NCBI RefSeq assembly: GCF_021869535.1 | Contig: NW_026262679.1 | Location: 92,647,982 to 92,711,981 of the forward strand | Direction: 5' to 3' | DNA: 64,000 nucleotides | Source: Mytilus californianus | Lineage: Eukaryota | Part shown: in pieces, positions 48,871 to 61,589 of the stretch | Layout: each line of letters begins with the position of its first letter | Numbering within the stretch: the first letter of the stretch is position 1 | Program-made: the position numbers and the translations under genes | The notes under the pieces: generated by a model | Seen by the model: only the letters and a program-made list of their open reading frames with translations | Database searches by the model: none | What the model was told of the DNA's origin: nothing

Positions 48871-49305
48871 ATTTTACAATTTTTATATTTGCATTCTTTT
48901 CTCATATTTTGGCATAAACAAGTAAGTGTGACGTGTTTATAAAGCAAAAGTGTCAAACAGAGCATTATGGTGCAAGAACAATCCCAACAATAATTGAAAA
49001 AAAACACGTGATACATTTCGTGCGTCTGAAGCGCTTTTCTGGATTTGCCTTCATCAGAAACGATTAAAGCTAAACCTATATACATGTATATATATAGGCA
49101 GTGGGTAACATATCAGTGATTTTCAATTTTTTGGAGGGCTGATAAGAGCATTTTTTAGGGGTACCTGTATAACCCCTTTTGCCCAACCCCTTTGTCGCTT
49201 ATGAAACTTTCACTTAATCACAGAGACAATCAAGTTTTGACAAGGCAAATGGTGTGCAACCGAAATGGAAACATAAAATTGTAATTTGTCAGATTCCAGC
49301 AAGTT

Positions 49306-49331
49306 TGTGTGTGTGTGTGTGTGTGTGTGTT
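49306..49331. repeat. (TG)13 microsatellite
   Basis: 'tgtgtgtgtgtgtgtgtgtgtgtgtg'. Confidence 0.95.
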
Positions 49332-50049
49332 TGGCTTATTTGTAGACTTCTGGGTTTTGGAAAATTGATTTGACGCAAATCAATTATAAAAAAGAGGATT
49401 TTTTTCTTGTTGAGAAAGATCATCTTGTATACAATTTTATATTACTGACATTAGATATTGGAAGAATGATACCAATAGAACTAATAAATGAACCCTGTTA
49501 TATATAGTTCTGTATCCATTTTTTTTTTAAATAATACAGATTCAGTGTATCGTATTATAAAATGCCATACCTTCTTATTAATAAAGTCAGTACATACGTC
49601 GATACTGCTGCATTACATATGCGCGGATTTGTATTACATTTGCACGAGAAATATCATTACGTTTGCGCGGATTTAAGAATAGTAATATGACATTTACAAA
49701 CTGTTTCGTCCATGCCAAGAATACTCGTCAGATGGCTTTATATATCAGTAGTCCCAGACATAACGGTGGTAGAATGTGCACCAGTTCTAAGTTTTGCCTT
49801 ACACGACTTCTTCCTTTATTTTAGCGATAGCTCTTGTTCTGGTTCTATCATAAACGTACTTATGGTCCAAAAGGACACCAGCATATTGAATGGATATTCG
49901 CCCAGTAAATGACTTTTAAAAAGTTAGCTGTATTTGCTAGCATGGTAAACATACAGGTAGATCTATAGATTAAAGTAAATTTAATATTTTTTGCGCAACT
50001 TTAATGTCCGTGAATCTCAAAATCCGCCTGTCGATACATGTCTACATAC

Positions 50050-50104
50050 CTCTTATTATAACCACTTGCAACAAAAGCATCCAAACCATCTTCAAAGACA
50101 ACAT
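50050..50104 (-). CDS. Candidate signal-peptide exon of the multi-CTLD gene (MLSLKMVWMLLLQVVIIR + 1 nt)
   Basis: It has a hydrophobic h-region. The donor is 'aataagag|gtatgt'. It ends in phase 1, matching the phase-1 start of the exon at 47650. There are no other supporting data. Confidence 0.25.
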
Positions 50105-53100
50105 TGCAAAAGTCTATTTACAAGAATAAAAACTTGCAAACACTAAATTAAATGGCTTTCTTTTTGTTTAAGGAGAACTGCGACCGAAGTATACATACAA
50201 ATGTTTATAAAATGATGTACGCTATACCGTCATCAAGGCTTTAAGTTATTTCAATGTATAGTATTTCCAAGAACATACATGTATGTACCATGAAGAAAAT
50301 ATGTGTTATCTAATTGAATTTGAAATTAAAGTTCAATTATATATATATATTATATTTGTCTCGAGCTGTTTGTTAGCAAATTAACTCTGGGAAGTCAAAA
50401 CCTGAATACATAAACCAATACATGAAGATTAATAGACATTACAAAACAAATTTGAATTTAAAGCCGGCATGTAAACAATAGTATTGGTGTAAACAGAAAA
50501 AAGTACGTATGAACGCGTCGTCTTTAGTTTTTGTTTTGACCCGATCAATACACAGTGTACACGTATCGAACATCGTTACAGGTTCAAATGTGGTCTTCGT
50601 GTATTTGGGCCTGTTATTAAATATCTTTGCCATTCAACACCCTTTTCTATATTGACCTACATTGAATGTTTGTCTCAATTGGAAACAAATATAACAATTG
50701 ATAAAGCAATTCTATCATTGACCAACAAGATAGGGCCTATTTGTCTGGTATCTATTTCACTCGAAAGTCAAAATTGAAAAGTAGTTGAATAGAAGGGTAT
50801 TAACTCATACTAGAATTTGAATATATTCGAAATGACTATCTTAAGTAAGGTTTTTGTTTTGTCTTATTGCACTTTCATCTGGTAATGCATATACCAGTAG
50901 TCTCTTTATTCGCATCGAGAGAGATACACTTTTTCTCCAATTTTTTTTTTAAATTTTAAACAAGACTCTTCAAAAATATATTTTAAAGAGTGGGAAAATA
51001 TAAGAATAACACAAGACATTGTGGTGGAATTTGTTTCTATAATAATTTTATATAATGCATAGGAAAACCCTAAAGTTTTTTTTTTCAGATAATTTCTTAT
51101 TGTAATTTCAAAACTGTTCAGACAGTTCGCTAGCAGGTCAATCCAGTTTTGTTCATTAGTTTTTCAGATCTTTCAGTACTTTGTTGAATTTGAAAAAAGG
51201 TAAATAAATACTACTGAACAATCTGGAAATAGAATGAACAGTCTGAAAATAGAATGAGCATATCTTAATTGACTCCAAGTGATGTGTCTAAATAGTACCG
51301 AATTTCCCACAGTGGATAAGTCTGAAAGTTTATTGACAAAATGAACACGAAGGATTTAATGGACGTGTTCAGATCGAAATGAATTGTGTATGAAGAGATA
51401 TGTCTTCCGTTATGTTATCTCTATGCATTTAGACGTGGCCATGGATGTCAGACCACACTGTTAATACTTCTTAGATTGAACAGGGACTTTCTATACTAGT
51501 AAAGACTGTCCCTGGATTGGAGTGCAGCATTAGATAATAACCAGTATAAAGCTGCAATCTAATTGACGTTTCAATTTTTTGAAATTTTGTCTCTAAAAAA
51601 TTATCAGCATAGGGTAGCTCTTCTCATAAACAATCTTTTTGTCAAACCAAGGATTTGTATAGTACAAATCCTTGGTCAAACGGTCAAAGGTATATTAAAA
51701 TAAATAGTATTCTTAGCAGTTGGGTTGACATTCATAAGGGGTTCCTCAGGGTCCTATACTCGATCTCTTACTGTCCTATGATTTATTCTGTTTATAAAAA
51801 TGACCCTCTGTATACTTATGCAGATGACAATATTTCATCTTACTGTTACTCGGATTATGTTTTAATTTCTTCTTTAGAATAAGAATAATTTAACTTATTG
51901 AGTGGTTCAAAATAAAATGCAGGCAAATTTCAGGTTTTAGCAGTTGGGAAAAAGACGTATAACAAAAACCATGTATACGTATCTAAAGTGCTTATCTTTC
52001 ATGTGAATCAACTGTTAAACTTCTTGGCATTTTGATTCTCATATAAGTTCAATACTCAGGAAGGAAGGCATCTCAGCAACAAAATATTCTAAAACGTTTG
52101 GAAACGTATTTGAACAAGCTAAGCAAGCTAACTATAAAGTCTACACATTTATTTTGAGGAATTTCAATCTCTTACCTTTGGCACGGCATTTCTGTAGTGA
52201 GAATTAAAAAAAAATTGAAATAGTACAAGAAATAGCACAAAGGTTTGTGTATGAAGACCATTAAGGCCCATGTCAACAGTTGATTGAAAAGGTACCTTCA
52301 CTGCACATGAAGACGGAGGTCAACGGCAATTTAACTTTTAGTTAGCGCTCTCCATTTAAACATATATGCTTAATTTTGCCAAGTTATTCGTTTTCATCCC
52401 TCCCCCCGAAATGAATGGTCGTCCCTTAACAATGCACATTATGTAAATTGCAATTCAAATGAACCATGGAAATATAGCTAATAACATCCCAAAATAGATA
52501 GCACAAAGGCAATATCTCCAAAATGGGATTCAGTGGTTGTCTGTCAAACTTGATTTTCGTTGTTGTTTTGCCCTAAATCAATCTGTTGGTTTTCCTGTAT
52601 GAATTTTTTCCCCCATTTTATCATGTTTGGGCCTTTTTATATAGAGGACTATAATACAGTTTGGATTTTGATTATTATTTATGGCCTTGCAGTGCTTACA
52701 TCAATGTCTTTTCGACTCTGGTGGATAGTTATCTCATTTGCAATTAATCCATATCTGTTTTTAAATTTTTGACTTCCCATGAGGGTCTTGCACAGTTTTC
52801 AAGTTCATACAGAAGCTTCTGTAAATTGAAAGAAAATAGCAGTATCGTTTAACTTCACGTCACACTTTATAGATATCCCCTCACTAAATAATTAAAGATA
52901 GTTGTATGAACATTTTTAACACATTTATCCTATCGAACTTGAAATAAATATCACAGATAGTCAAATCTACCTCATATCTTGGCTTAAATCAAGAAATTGA
53001 CAATGAAAGTTGGTTTAGAACAAAGCCTTATGACAAACGAGTGGATTTCAGCTTTCTATCAATTTCTAGGTAGCAACATCCCAACAGCTTCTGAATATGG

Positions 53101-54249
53101 ATTATCTCTCTACCTGATGATACAATAAGCTAGAGCTTGCATTCCATACCATTGATAGAGGGTTGCTGCTAAGAAAGTTTCATGGATGCCATCATGAGTT
53201 GGTTGACCGTTATGAAATGTCTGTGTCACTAATGATAACCAAAATAATCAATTTGTTGTAGCCACAATCCTGTTCTCTTTTTCTTGTTTGTGACATCACA
53301 AAATTAGACTGACCAACAGGTTTTTACTTACCATGAGCAATATGGGTAGTACCTAGGAGGTTGGTTTGCTCAATCTTAAGTTGTCTTTGAAGTGCTTTGT
53401 GGGCAATTTTTGTTTTTTGTGTTTTTGATTCCTTGCTCTTTGTTACATTCTCTTCCAACTTGTGTTTTTTTTTAATTGTTCCTGTGTTATCTTTCACCTC
53501 TTTTTTTTTTTAGCAAACATGATCAATGTTGCAAGTTCTATTAACCCTAAACATGTCTTCTAGTTTTCAAGGTAATAGCAAAAAAACAAAATATTGGTAA
53601 AAAATCATCATTATGGGGCAATAACAGTCTACCTAGGATTTCGGTCATGTTTGACTTATTTGTAGATCTTGTCTTGCTGATCATTTTTGCCATTTGAAGT
53701 CTCTCTCTACCTATTATACTTTTCAAGATAATAGGCAAAAATAGTCTTCTAAGAGTAATGCCTCGTACAAGGATTCGTCCAACAGTTTTGGTGTAAGTGG
53801 ACATTTTGGATGTCTCTATTTGTATTCTTATATTCATTTTCCTGTCTTTTGTTTTATAACATGATGCACATGCTTTTTTATAAACGTTAAACAGATCATG
53901 TGTTCATGTCAGTGTCCAGATGATGCTTTGAATGTGTAAAACACAGAAAGGGTTATGTTAGCACTCCAGGAAATTCCAAATAGTTCAAATTAAGAAACAA
54001 TAGCCAGCAGGTTAGGGATTGAATAAGACTTGAAATCAAAATTTCATGGGCAGTAACTTTAAAATAGTCCAATAGATTTTTGGGACATTTTCAGTAAGAC
54101 CTTGTTGTGATGGCTATTTTTACTTGTTAGTTTTTCTCTAAATTCTTTTAATAGTTTTCGATATATTAGCTAAAAAACTGCAGTTTGCACCTTATTTTCT
54201 ATTATTGGCCTTAGTGGCCGTCTTGGTTGATCTATCTAGATCCAAAATC

Positions 54250-55010
54250 ACATAAAGATGCCAGACAGAACAACACACCACAAGCATTCTGAGAGTATTA
54301 ATGGCAATACATAGTCCTCTACCGAACAAAACAAATCATTCTACTGGAACAAAATTTTAACTTGATCTATGAATTGTCATGGTGTAAACTATATAAGAAA
54401 TCAATATTTTCAAGTATAAGGAAAGAAAGAGTGGAAAACTAATTATTTGCATGAATTTTCCAAGAACCATAATCTCTGCACAAAATCATCATACTGGAAC
54501 AAAATTCAAACCGGACCTATAACTTGTCATGGTCAAATTACATACTAAAATCAAATCAATATCTTTATTTAAAGCATGACGAAAAAAGTGTGGAAAACTG
54601 ATTTCTTGCATGAATTTTCGAAGTCTGAGAACTTTAACTCTGCAAAATAATCATCGGGACTGAATATAATTCGAACTTGATCTGTAATGGTAAAACTAAA
54701 TACCAAACATCAAATCAATATCTAAGCATGACGACAAAGTGCGGACAACTGATTACTTGGCGTGAATTTTGAAGTCCAAGGACCATAACTCTGCACAAAA
54801 CCATCAGACCGGAACAAAATTTAAACATGATCTGCAACTGGTCATGACAAAACTAAATACCAAATATCAAAACAATATCTTCAAGCACGAAGAAAAAAAG
54901 TGGAAAACTGATTTGTTGGACTGACTGATGGACAGACAGACGGACGGACGAAGTGCAAACCTATAGTCAGTCCCCTTTGACTTCGTCGATAGGGGACTAA
55001 TAAGGCATCT
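54250..55010 (+). mobile_element. pearl/Helentron-like nonautonomous element (four ~165-bp internal subrepeats)
   Basis: The subrepeats read '...ctgcacaaaa(t/c)catca(t/g)actggaacaaaatt(c/t)aaac...gatctg(c/t)aa...caaatcaatatct...gtggaaaactgatt'. It ends 'ctgactgatggacagacagacggacggacgaagtg...tagtcagtcccct...aggggactaata' (a GACGG/ACAG tetramer run plus terminal hairpin). Confidence 0.55.
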
Positions 55011-55599
55011 GTATATCAGATATGAATAATCCAGCTGTTTTACCTTCTGAAACATAAATAACTATTTAGCATCGGTTTGTCATGTCTGTCTTGCATTTTG
55101 AGATTTACATTGCAGGCAAGACAAAAATCACTAAAAATGTTCTTACAATTTAGTATTTGTGGTTAACAAATGTAAACCTTCGATTTAGTTAACAATGGCA
55201 AAATGTGTTCTTTGGTGCCAAACATTGACAAATACAATTTTCCTTGCATATAAATTTGTGTATTTGTACATTTTTATTTTTTCTGATTCTGGGTCTTGTT
55301 TGTTTTGTTCATCAAATATATGTTTAGTTTGAACTAATTCTCCTCTTCCTTTCTGAATCCATGTTTTTGGCCCTTCTCCATAAAGTTTGTGTAGGTGTTG
55401 ATTTCAAGTAGCTGAGTGATAGCAATCTGAAATATATATGTATTGATATATAATTTTGATTAAAATTGTCATTCAAGGGCAATTAATCCTAAGTTTTTAG
55501 TTTTTAAAAGTTTATCTGTATCAGCTATAGATTCTGCAAATAACATAAACTAAAGGCTCCAGTATTGCTAACATAGCACATCTGCATAAAGCTTATACA

Positions 55600-56100
55600 A
55601 TGTAATAAGAAATAGATATCATTGAGATGTGAGCCATCTGTGTGGACCCCGCTGTGAATAATGTGTGGTAAAAAATTTGTATCTTTATCATTGGACATGG
55701 GGTTGTCAACTGAAACCAAAGTTTTTGACCTTGACCTTTGACCTAAGAAGTTGTACATAAATTATGACACACCCTCTGGTGTTGGTTTATATACATGTCG
55801 AGTATAAATTTTGAAATCATAACGGTTCTCAAGATTTAGAGCAGACACGATCTTTACCATAGGACATGGGGTTGTCAACTAAAACCAGTTTTTGACCTTG
55901 ACCTTTGACCTAGGAAGTTGTACATACATTATGACACACCCTCTGGTGTTGGTTAATATACATGTCAAGTATAAACTTTGACATCATAATGGTTCTCGAG
56001 ATATAGAGCAGACACAACTTGTTATGGAATGACGGACGGACAGACAGACACAGACTGATCACTATAGGGCGTCTGCCATTCGGCAGGGCCCTAATTATTC
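55600..56100 (+). mobile_element. pearl/Helentron-like nonautonomous element (two ~163-bp subrepeats)
   Basis: '...cattggacatggggttgtcaact(g/a)aaacca...tttgaccttgacctttgacctaagaagttgtacata...' occurs twice. It ends 'ggaatgacggacggacagacagacacagactgatcactatagggcgtctgccattcggcagggccc'. Confidence 0.55.
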
Positions 56101-56479
56101 ATAAAGTTTTGACAAAAAACCCAAAAATGGGTAAAAATCAGCCATCAAGGATTCCACTGATGGTTTCAGTCATTTGACATATTTGTAGATCTTATTTCGC
56201 TGCTAACATTTGCTATTTACAAGTTCTCTCTATCTACCAAGTTTCTGCAAAAAACTCTTACTTAGGTGACAATGAAGGCCAAATAATAAGAAAATAATCA
56301 CTGTCTTAACTAGAGGCTCTAAAGAGCCTGTGTCGCTCACCTTGGTATATGTGCATATTAAACAAAGGACAAAGATGGATTCATGACATAATTGTGTTTT
56401 GGTGATGGTGATGTGTTTGTAGATCTTACTTTACTGAACATTCTTACTGCTTACAATTATCTCTATCTATAATGAACTA

Positions 56480-57600
56480 GGCCCAGTAGTTACAGTGGAA
56501 AATATTTTGTAAAAATTTACAAAAATTTACAAAATTTATGAAAAAATTGTAAAAAATTGACTATAAAGGGCAACAACTCCTTAAGGGGTCAATTGACAAT
56601 TTTGGTCATGTTGACTTATTTGTAGATCTTACTTTGCTGTACATTATTGCTGTTTACAGTTTATCTCTATCTATAATAATATTCAAGATAATAACCAAAA
56701 GCTGCAAAATTTTCTTAAAATTACCAATTCAGGGGCAGCAACCCAACAACGTGTTGCCTGATTGGTCTGAAAATTTCAGGGCAGATAGATCTTGACCTGA
56801 TAATCAGTTTTACCCTTCGTCAGATTTACTCTAAATGCTTTGGTTTCAGAGATATAAGCCAAAATCTACATTTTACCCCTATGTTCTATTTTTAGCCATG
56901 TCGGCCATCTTGGTTCGCGGGCGGGGTCATCAGACACATTTTTTAAACTATATACCCTAATGATGATTGTGTAAAAGTTTGGTTAAATTTGTCTTAGTAG
57001 TTTCAGAGGAGAAGATTTTTGTAAAAGATAACAAAAATTTACGAAAAATGGTTAAAAATTGACTATAAAGGGCAATAACTCCTTAAGGGGTCAACTGACC
57101 ATTTTGGTCAGGTTGACTTATTTGTAGATCTTACTTTGCTGAACATTATTGCTGTTTACAGTTTATCTCTATCTATAATAATATTTAAGATAATAACCAA
57201 AAACAGCAAAATTTCCTTAAAATTACCAATTCAGGGGCAGCAACCCAACAACGGGTTGTCCGATTCATCTGAAAATTTCAGGGCAGATAGATCTTGACCT
57301 GATTAACAATTTTACCCCATGTCAGATTTGCTCTAAAAGCTTTGGTTTCGGAGATATAAGCCAAAATCTACATTTTACCCCTATGTTCTATTTTTAGCCA
57401 TGGCGACAATCTTGGTAGGTTGGCGGGGTCATCGGACACATTTTTTAAACTAGATACTTGAATGATGATTGTGTTTAAGTTTGGGTGCATTTGGCCCAGT
57501 AGTTTCAGAGGAGAAGATTTTTTTAAAAGTTTACGGACGACGGACGCAAAGTGATGAGAAAAGCTCACTTGACCTTTCAGGTCAGGTGAGCTAAAAATGG
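56480..57600 (+). mobile_element. pearl/Helentron-like nonautonomous element (two ~490-540-bp subrepeats)
   Basis: '...gactataaagggcaa(c/t)aactccttaaggggtcaa(t/c)tgac...ttgacttatttgtagatcttactttgctg...' occurs twice, at 56500-57040 and 57040-57530. It ends 'gtttacggacgacggacgcaaagtgatgagaaaagctcacttgacctttcaggtcaggtgagct' (hairpin). Related partial subrepeats lie at 53620-53720, 56100-56480 and 58340-58580. Confidence 0.5.
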
Positions 57601-58943
57601 ACCAAAGACTCAAATGGCCAGGTCGTGCTGAATGTTTCTTAAACAATAGACACAGGTTTTTACTGAATATTTCAATCTATATCATAAAAAAACAAACTCT
57701 GCTTCAATGTCCCTTTTCCTACTGGAGGTAGCTGCATTTCAAACATCCAGCACAGCTAAATTGACACATATCTTTATAATAGATTCGAAGAGAAAAGTCC
57801 ATGTGAACCTATTTCTATAATCAAGTCAGCCCTGGAGTTGAATACAAAATGATTGATGCAAAGTGACATCAATTGATTATACAGCCCTATGGACATGATG
57901 AGCAACTAGCTTCTTGTAATCTCTACTTACCGAACTATACTCAACAGAGAATGGAAGTCATCAACTGTCATGCTTTTACTATCAACTTTTCTTATCTCTA
58001 CAAAGTCATCTTGGATTATCTAAAAGAAATATTTTTTATCTTTAGACAACAAAGAAATATTCAGCTCTTCCTTAGCTACTAAAAGCTGATTTCAGGGTCC
58101 CCTTTTTATATAAACATAAAAGTTGGAATCTTATTTGAAAAACTAAAATTGTCTACAATGTGAGACTGGTTCCTCTTATCAGCTAGAGGCTCCCAGGAGC
58201 CTGAATCACTCATTGTACACCCTAGGAATAATAAGATCAAGTTTGATATATCAATTAATTATAGATCTATTCTTGTTTGGAAAATGGAAAATCATAGCAA
58301 AATATGGGTAAAAATTCTTAAAGGTATCAGTAAATGAATTTGGTCATGCGTGACCTTTGTACATCTTAGTCTTATGACCTACTTGGTGATAATTTTTTCT
58401 GTCTTCTTTACTTTTCAAGATAACAAAGTGGGTTAAGATAGTCATTTACAGGCAATAACTCCCATAAGGAGTCAACATTTCAGTCAAAATGATTTAATTG
58501 TATTGTTGATAATTTTTGCCTTTTACAGTTTATACCTTTCTATTATAGTTTTCTAGACAATAGGCAAAAACTCAATACTTACAAAAAAAGTCATTTAGGG
58601 GCATCGATAAAAGTTCCAAAAATTATGAAAAATAAGAACATCATTATTTTATGTTTAGAATGAAGAAAACTTGTACATGTACTTGTAAAGTGTGGAGAAT
58701 AATTTAAAATCATTGGACTAACTGTTAATTTAGAATTTCGTAATCACATCCTAGTGTAGGTAGATACATCTGATTCACATACTTTATGATGAGAGCACTG
58801 TGTATTTATTGTGAACACTGTTCTGAACCCATTGTCCTTGGGTTGTTATATAAATTGTCTTACAACCCCTTTCTAATTTTTTTCAGGAATAGCTCTAAAA
58901 AATAAAGATAATAATCAGTTTTATTTCCTGTTCATGAACATAC

Positions 58944-59108
58944 CTTTTGCAATTCATCTGTTAATGAGTAATTAATCTGTTTGGCCAGTGTGATGTATGT
59001 GCGAATCTTGGTCAACAATTCTGCTGTCATTCCTTTTTCTAACATGTTAAAATGTGCTATCCAATCTTCTGGCATTATTTTGGCTTGTAATGGTAGTAAA
59101 CAATCACT
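58944..59108 (-). CDS. Exon of unidentified multi-exon gene (SDCLLPLQAKIMPEDWIAHFNMLEKGMTAELLTKIRTYITLAKQINYSLTDELQK)
   Basis: The acceptor is 'ggagggttttttcag|agtg' and the donor is 'gcaaaag|gtatgt'. It is 165 nt, phase 0 to 0. This continues the frame of the exon at 60978-61111. Confidence 0.5.
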
Positions 59109-59559
59109 CTGAAAAAACCCTCCAAGATTCAAATAGCAATCAATATAATAGTTTCCTGTCTGATATATATTTCATGTATTGACTGATTGATTGTTGGTGT
59201 TTTATGCCACTTTCATTACAATTGGCTATATCAAGCATGTGGCAGTAAGATTTTATTGGTGAAGGAGGCCAGAGTGCCCAGAAAGAACCACAGACCTTCT
59301 GCTGGAAAACTGACAATCCTTGTGAATTAAGATTGGAATGCACCTGCCACATGTGGGGTTTCAACTCACGTCAGTGTTGACAGGCTAGTTGTACAGTAGG
59401 TAAACTACTGAGACAACTCTGCCTATTCCTTGTGCTGTAAGGTGCATCAAGGAGAAGACTGTTAAACTGTCAATTCAGTAATGAATTATACTGAATTCCA
59501 GTACTTCAGAAGATGTTGTCATGAGCTAGAATCATTCACTTTCAAATAAATGGAGAATG

Positions 59560-60300
59560 TGACCCCATGGACACAGATGATGCCCCCACTTGCATATATA
59601 CATTATAAAGGGACATAACTCAAGAACAATAAAAGTGACGCTACCCAAATTTGTACTTGATCTGAGTTTTAAGGTAATAAGTATTGTGTATAGGTTTCAT
59701 AATGTTTGGTTGGGGCAAACTTAAGTTACAGAACGGAAACTAAAAATTTTGCAATTTTTCCATTTATAAAAGGGCATAACTCGATAATGATTAAAGTGAC
59801 GATACCAAAATTCAACTTGATCTGTGTTTTGTGGTAAAAAGCATTGTGTATAAGTTTCATAACATTTGGTTGAGGCAAACTAAAATTAGAGAACGGCAAC
59901 TAAAAATTTTGCAATTTTTCCATTTATGAAGGGCATAACTCTAGAACAGTTAGAGTGATGCTACCAAAATTCAATCTTGATCTGTATTTTGTGGTAATAA
60001 GCATTGTGTATAAGTTTCATAACATTTGGTTAAGGCAAACTTAAGTTAGAGCATGGAAACTAAAAATTTTGCAATTTTTCCATTTATAAAGGGGCATAAC
60101 TATAGAACAGTTAAAGTGACGCCACCAAAATTCAAACTTGACCTGTGTTTTGTGTTAATTAGCATTGTGTGTAAGTTTCTTAACATTTGGTTGAGGCAAA
60201 CTCAAGTTAGAGAACAGAAACCGATTTTGGGACTACAGTCGGACAAGGATAAAACTTAATGCCCCCTCCGCTACGGCTCGGGCATAATTACCCATTGCCT
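59560..60300 (+). mobile_element. pearl/Helentron-like nonautonomous element (~146-bp subrepeats x4.5)
   Basis: '...aaagggcataactc(a/t)a(g/t)aa...aaagtgacg(c/a)taccaaaattcaa(c/t)ttgatctg...tttggtt(g/a)(g/a)ggcaaact(t/a)aa(g/a)tta(c/g)agaa(c/t)gg(a/c)aactaaaaattttgcaatttttccatttat' repeats four times. It ends 'ggactacagtcggacaaggataaaacttaatgccccctccgctacggctcgggcat' (hairpin). Confidence 0.55.
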
Positions 60301-60977
60301 TGGTTACCATGAATAATGTAAGGGTCAAGTTTAAAGTGAACTGAGTGAGATTTCAAATGAGGGCTAATCCACTTAAACATTCATGGTACCCAGGGCAGGC
60401 ACTGAGCAAAAAGGGGTAACTATCGAGAGAGATAATTTAAGTTTTACTCTTACCCTTTCACTGTACAAAAACACTCACTCATAGCTGTGATTTCTAAGAG
60501 CATTCCCTGTGTCCAATGTATGTTTTTTTTTGTGACAGCCCTAAGAAGCTTTTTCATAGTTATTTCCCATTTATTAAAAGTCTTTTATCTAATGAAACTG
60601 CTGAGAAACAAATGAAGAAAATTTATGTTATCTGCAACTTCATAAAAGTCCAGAAAGTACAGATAATGGCCCTTTGAAACAGCATTCAGAAAAAGGGATA
60701 AGGGATTCCCCATATCCCCAACATTACTGTTTAAGAGAAGAATTTTGAAAACTTAATGAATGACGAATACCAATAGATGGTTAAATCGGAACCTTTGGAC
60801 CAAGCAAGTTAAAAATAGAAGAGAAAAATTAAGTGACTTAACTTGAATCTGTAAACTCTAATAAAAAAAATATTTTTTGCTTAAAAGTGATGTGGTGACC
60901 TAAGGCAGTTTTTAAACATGACCTGGAGACCTAATGTGGGTGCCCTACTGGAGCCCCATTAGTAGCAGCATACTTAC

Positions 60978-61111
60978 AGGTAATATAGATTTTGCCTCAG
61001 ACAGAATCATTACAGCAACGTTTGCCATGAAATCTTGTCTATGGTAACTGAAATCATACTCTACTTTCTGCCAGCTAATCAGGTTTCCTAATGCTGTCAT
61101 GTTCTTAACAC
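60978..61111 (-). CDS. Exon of unidentified gene ([44 protein letters not shown])
   Basis: The acceptor is 'tcttcttgtctttccag|gtg' and the donor is 'attacct|gtaagt'. The phase-1 start completes the phase-1 end of exon 62336-62501, giving Gly. Confidence 0.5.
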
Positions 61112-61329
61112 CTGGAAAGACAAGAAGATCACCAAAATTACAGTACAATACACATGTATAGCTTACCATTTAAAATAAACATGTTGCATTTATTACAAAA
61201 CTCTTCCCTAAAGAGTATGCACAGAAAATAGAGCAATGAAATTCACCAATCAAAACTTGCATTACAAAATTATTTTCCACGGTGTATGATTAAGTTTCTA
61301 ACATTTTAAATGTACCTGTTCAAAGCATT

Positions 61330-61420
61330 CAGTGAGTAGTTGCTTACATTTTTGTTCTTTGGTCTTATGATGATAGTTGTCTCACTGGCAATCATACCAC
61401 ATTTCCTTATTTTTATATTG
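61330..61420 (+). repeat. PLE 3'-terminal fragment (family B tail)
   Basis: 'gatgatagttgtctcactggcaatcataccacatttccttatttttatattg'. Confidence 0.5.
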
Positions 61421-61589
61421 AAGTGATTTGATGGTCAATATCTAAATTGTTTATCAAATACATTCTACATGCGCAGCAAATTATTGACATGGCTAAACAT
61501 ACATATTTTTCTCCATATTTACAAACCCAAATCTCAAATTTGTATACTCATGCAGAGAAGCACAAACACATCCGTTGGATACTTATAGT

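Noticed and set aside
48705-49085. 126-aa ORF on minus strand
   Set aside because: - It is translated antisense through a PLE 3'-UTR fragment (48700-48870).
- It is Gly/Pro/Lys-rich and low-complexity, with no splice context.
59140-59364. ORF 59140..59364(-) between two real exons
   Set aside because: - It lies wholly within the intron defined by strong splice sites at 60978 and 59108.
- It is not in phase with the neighbouring exons.
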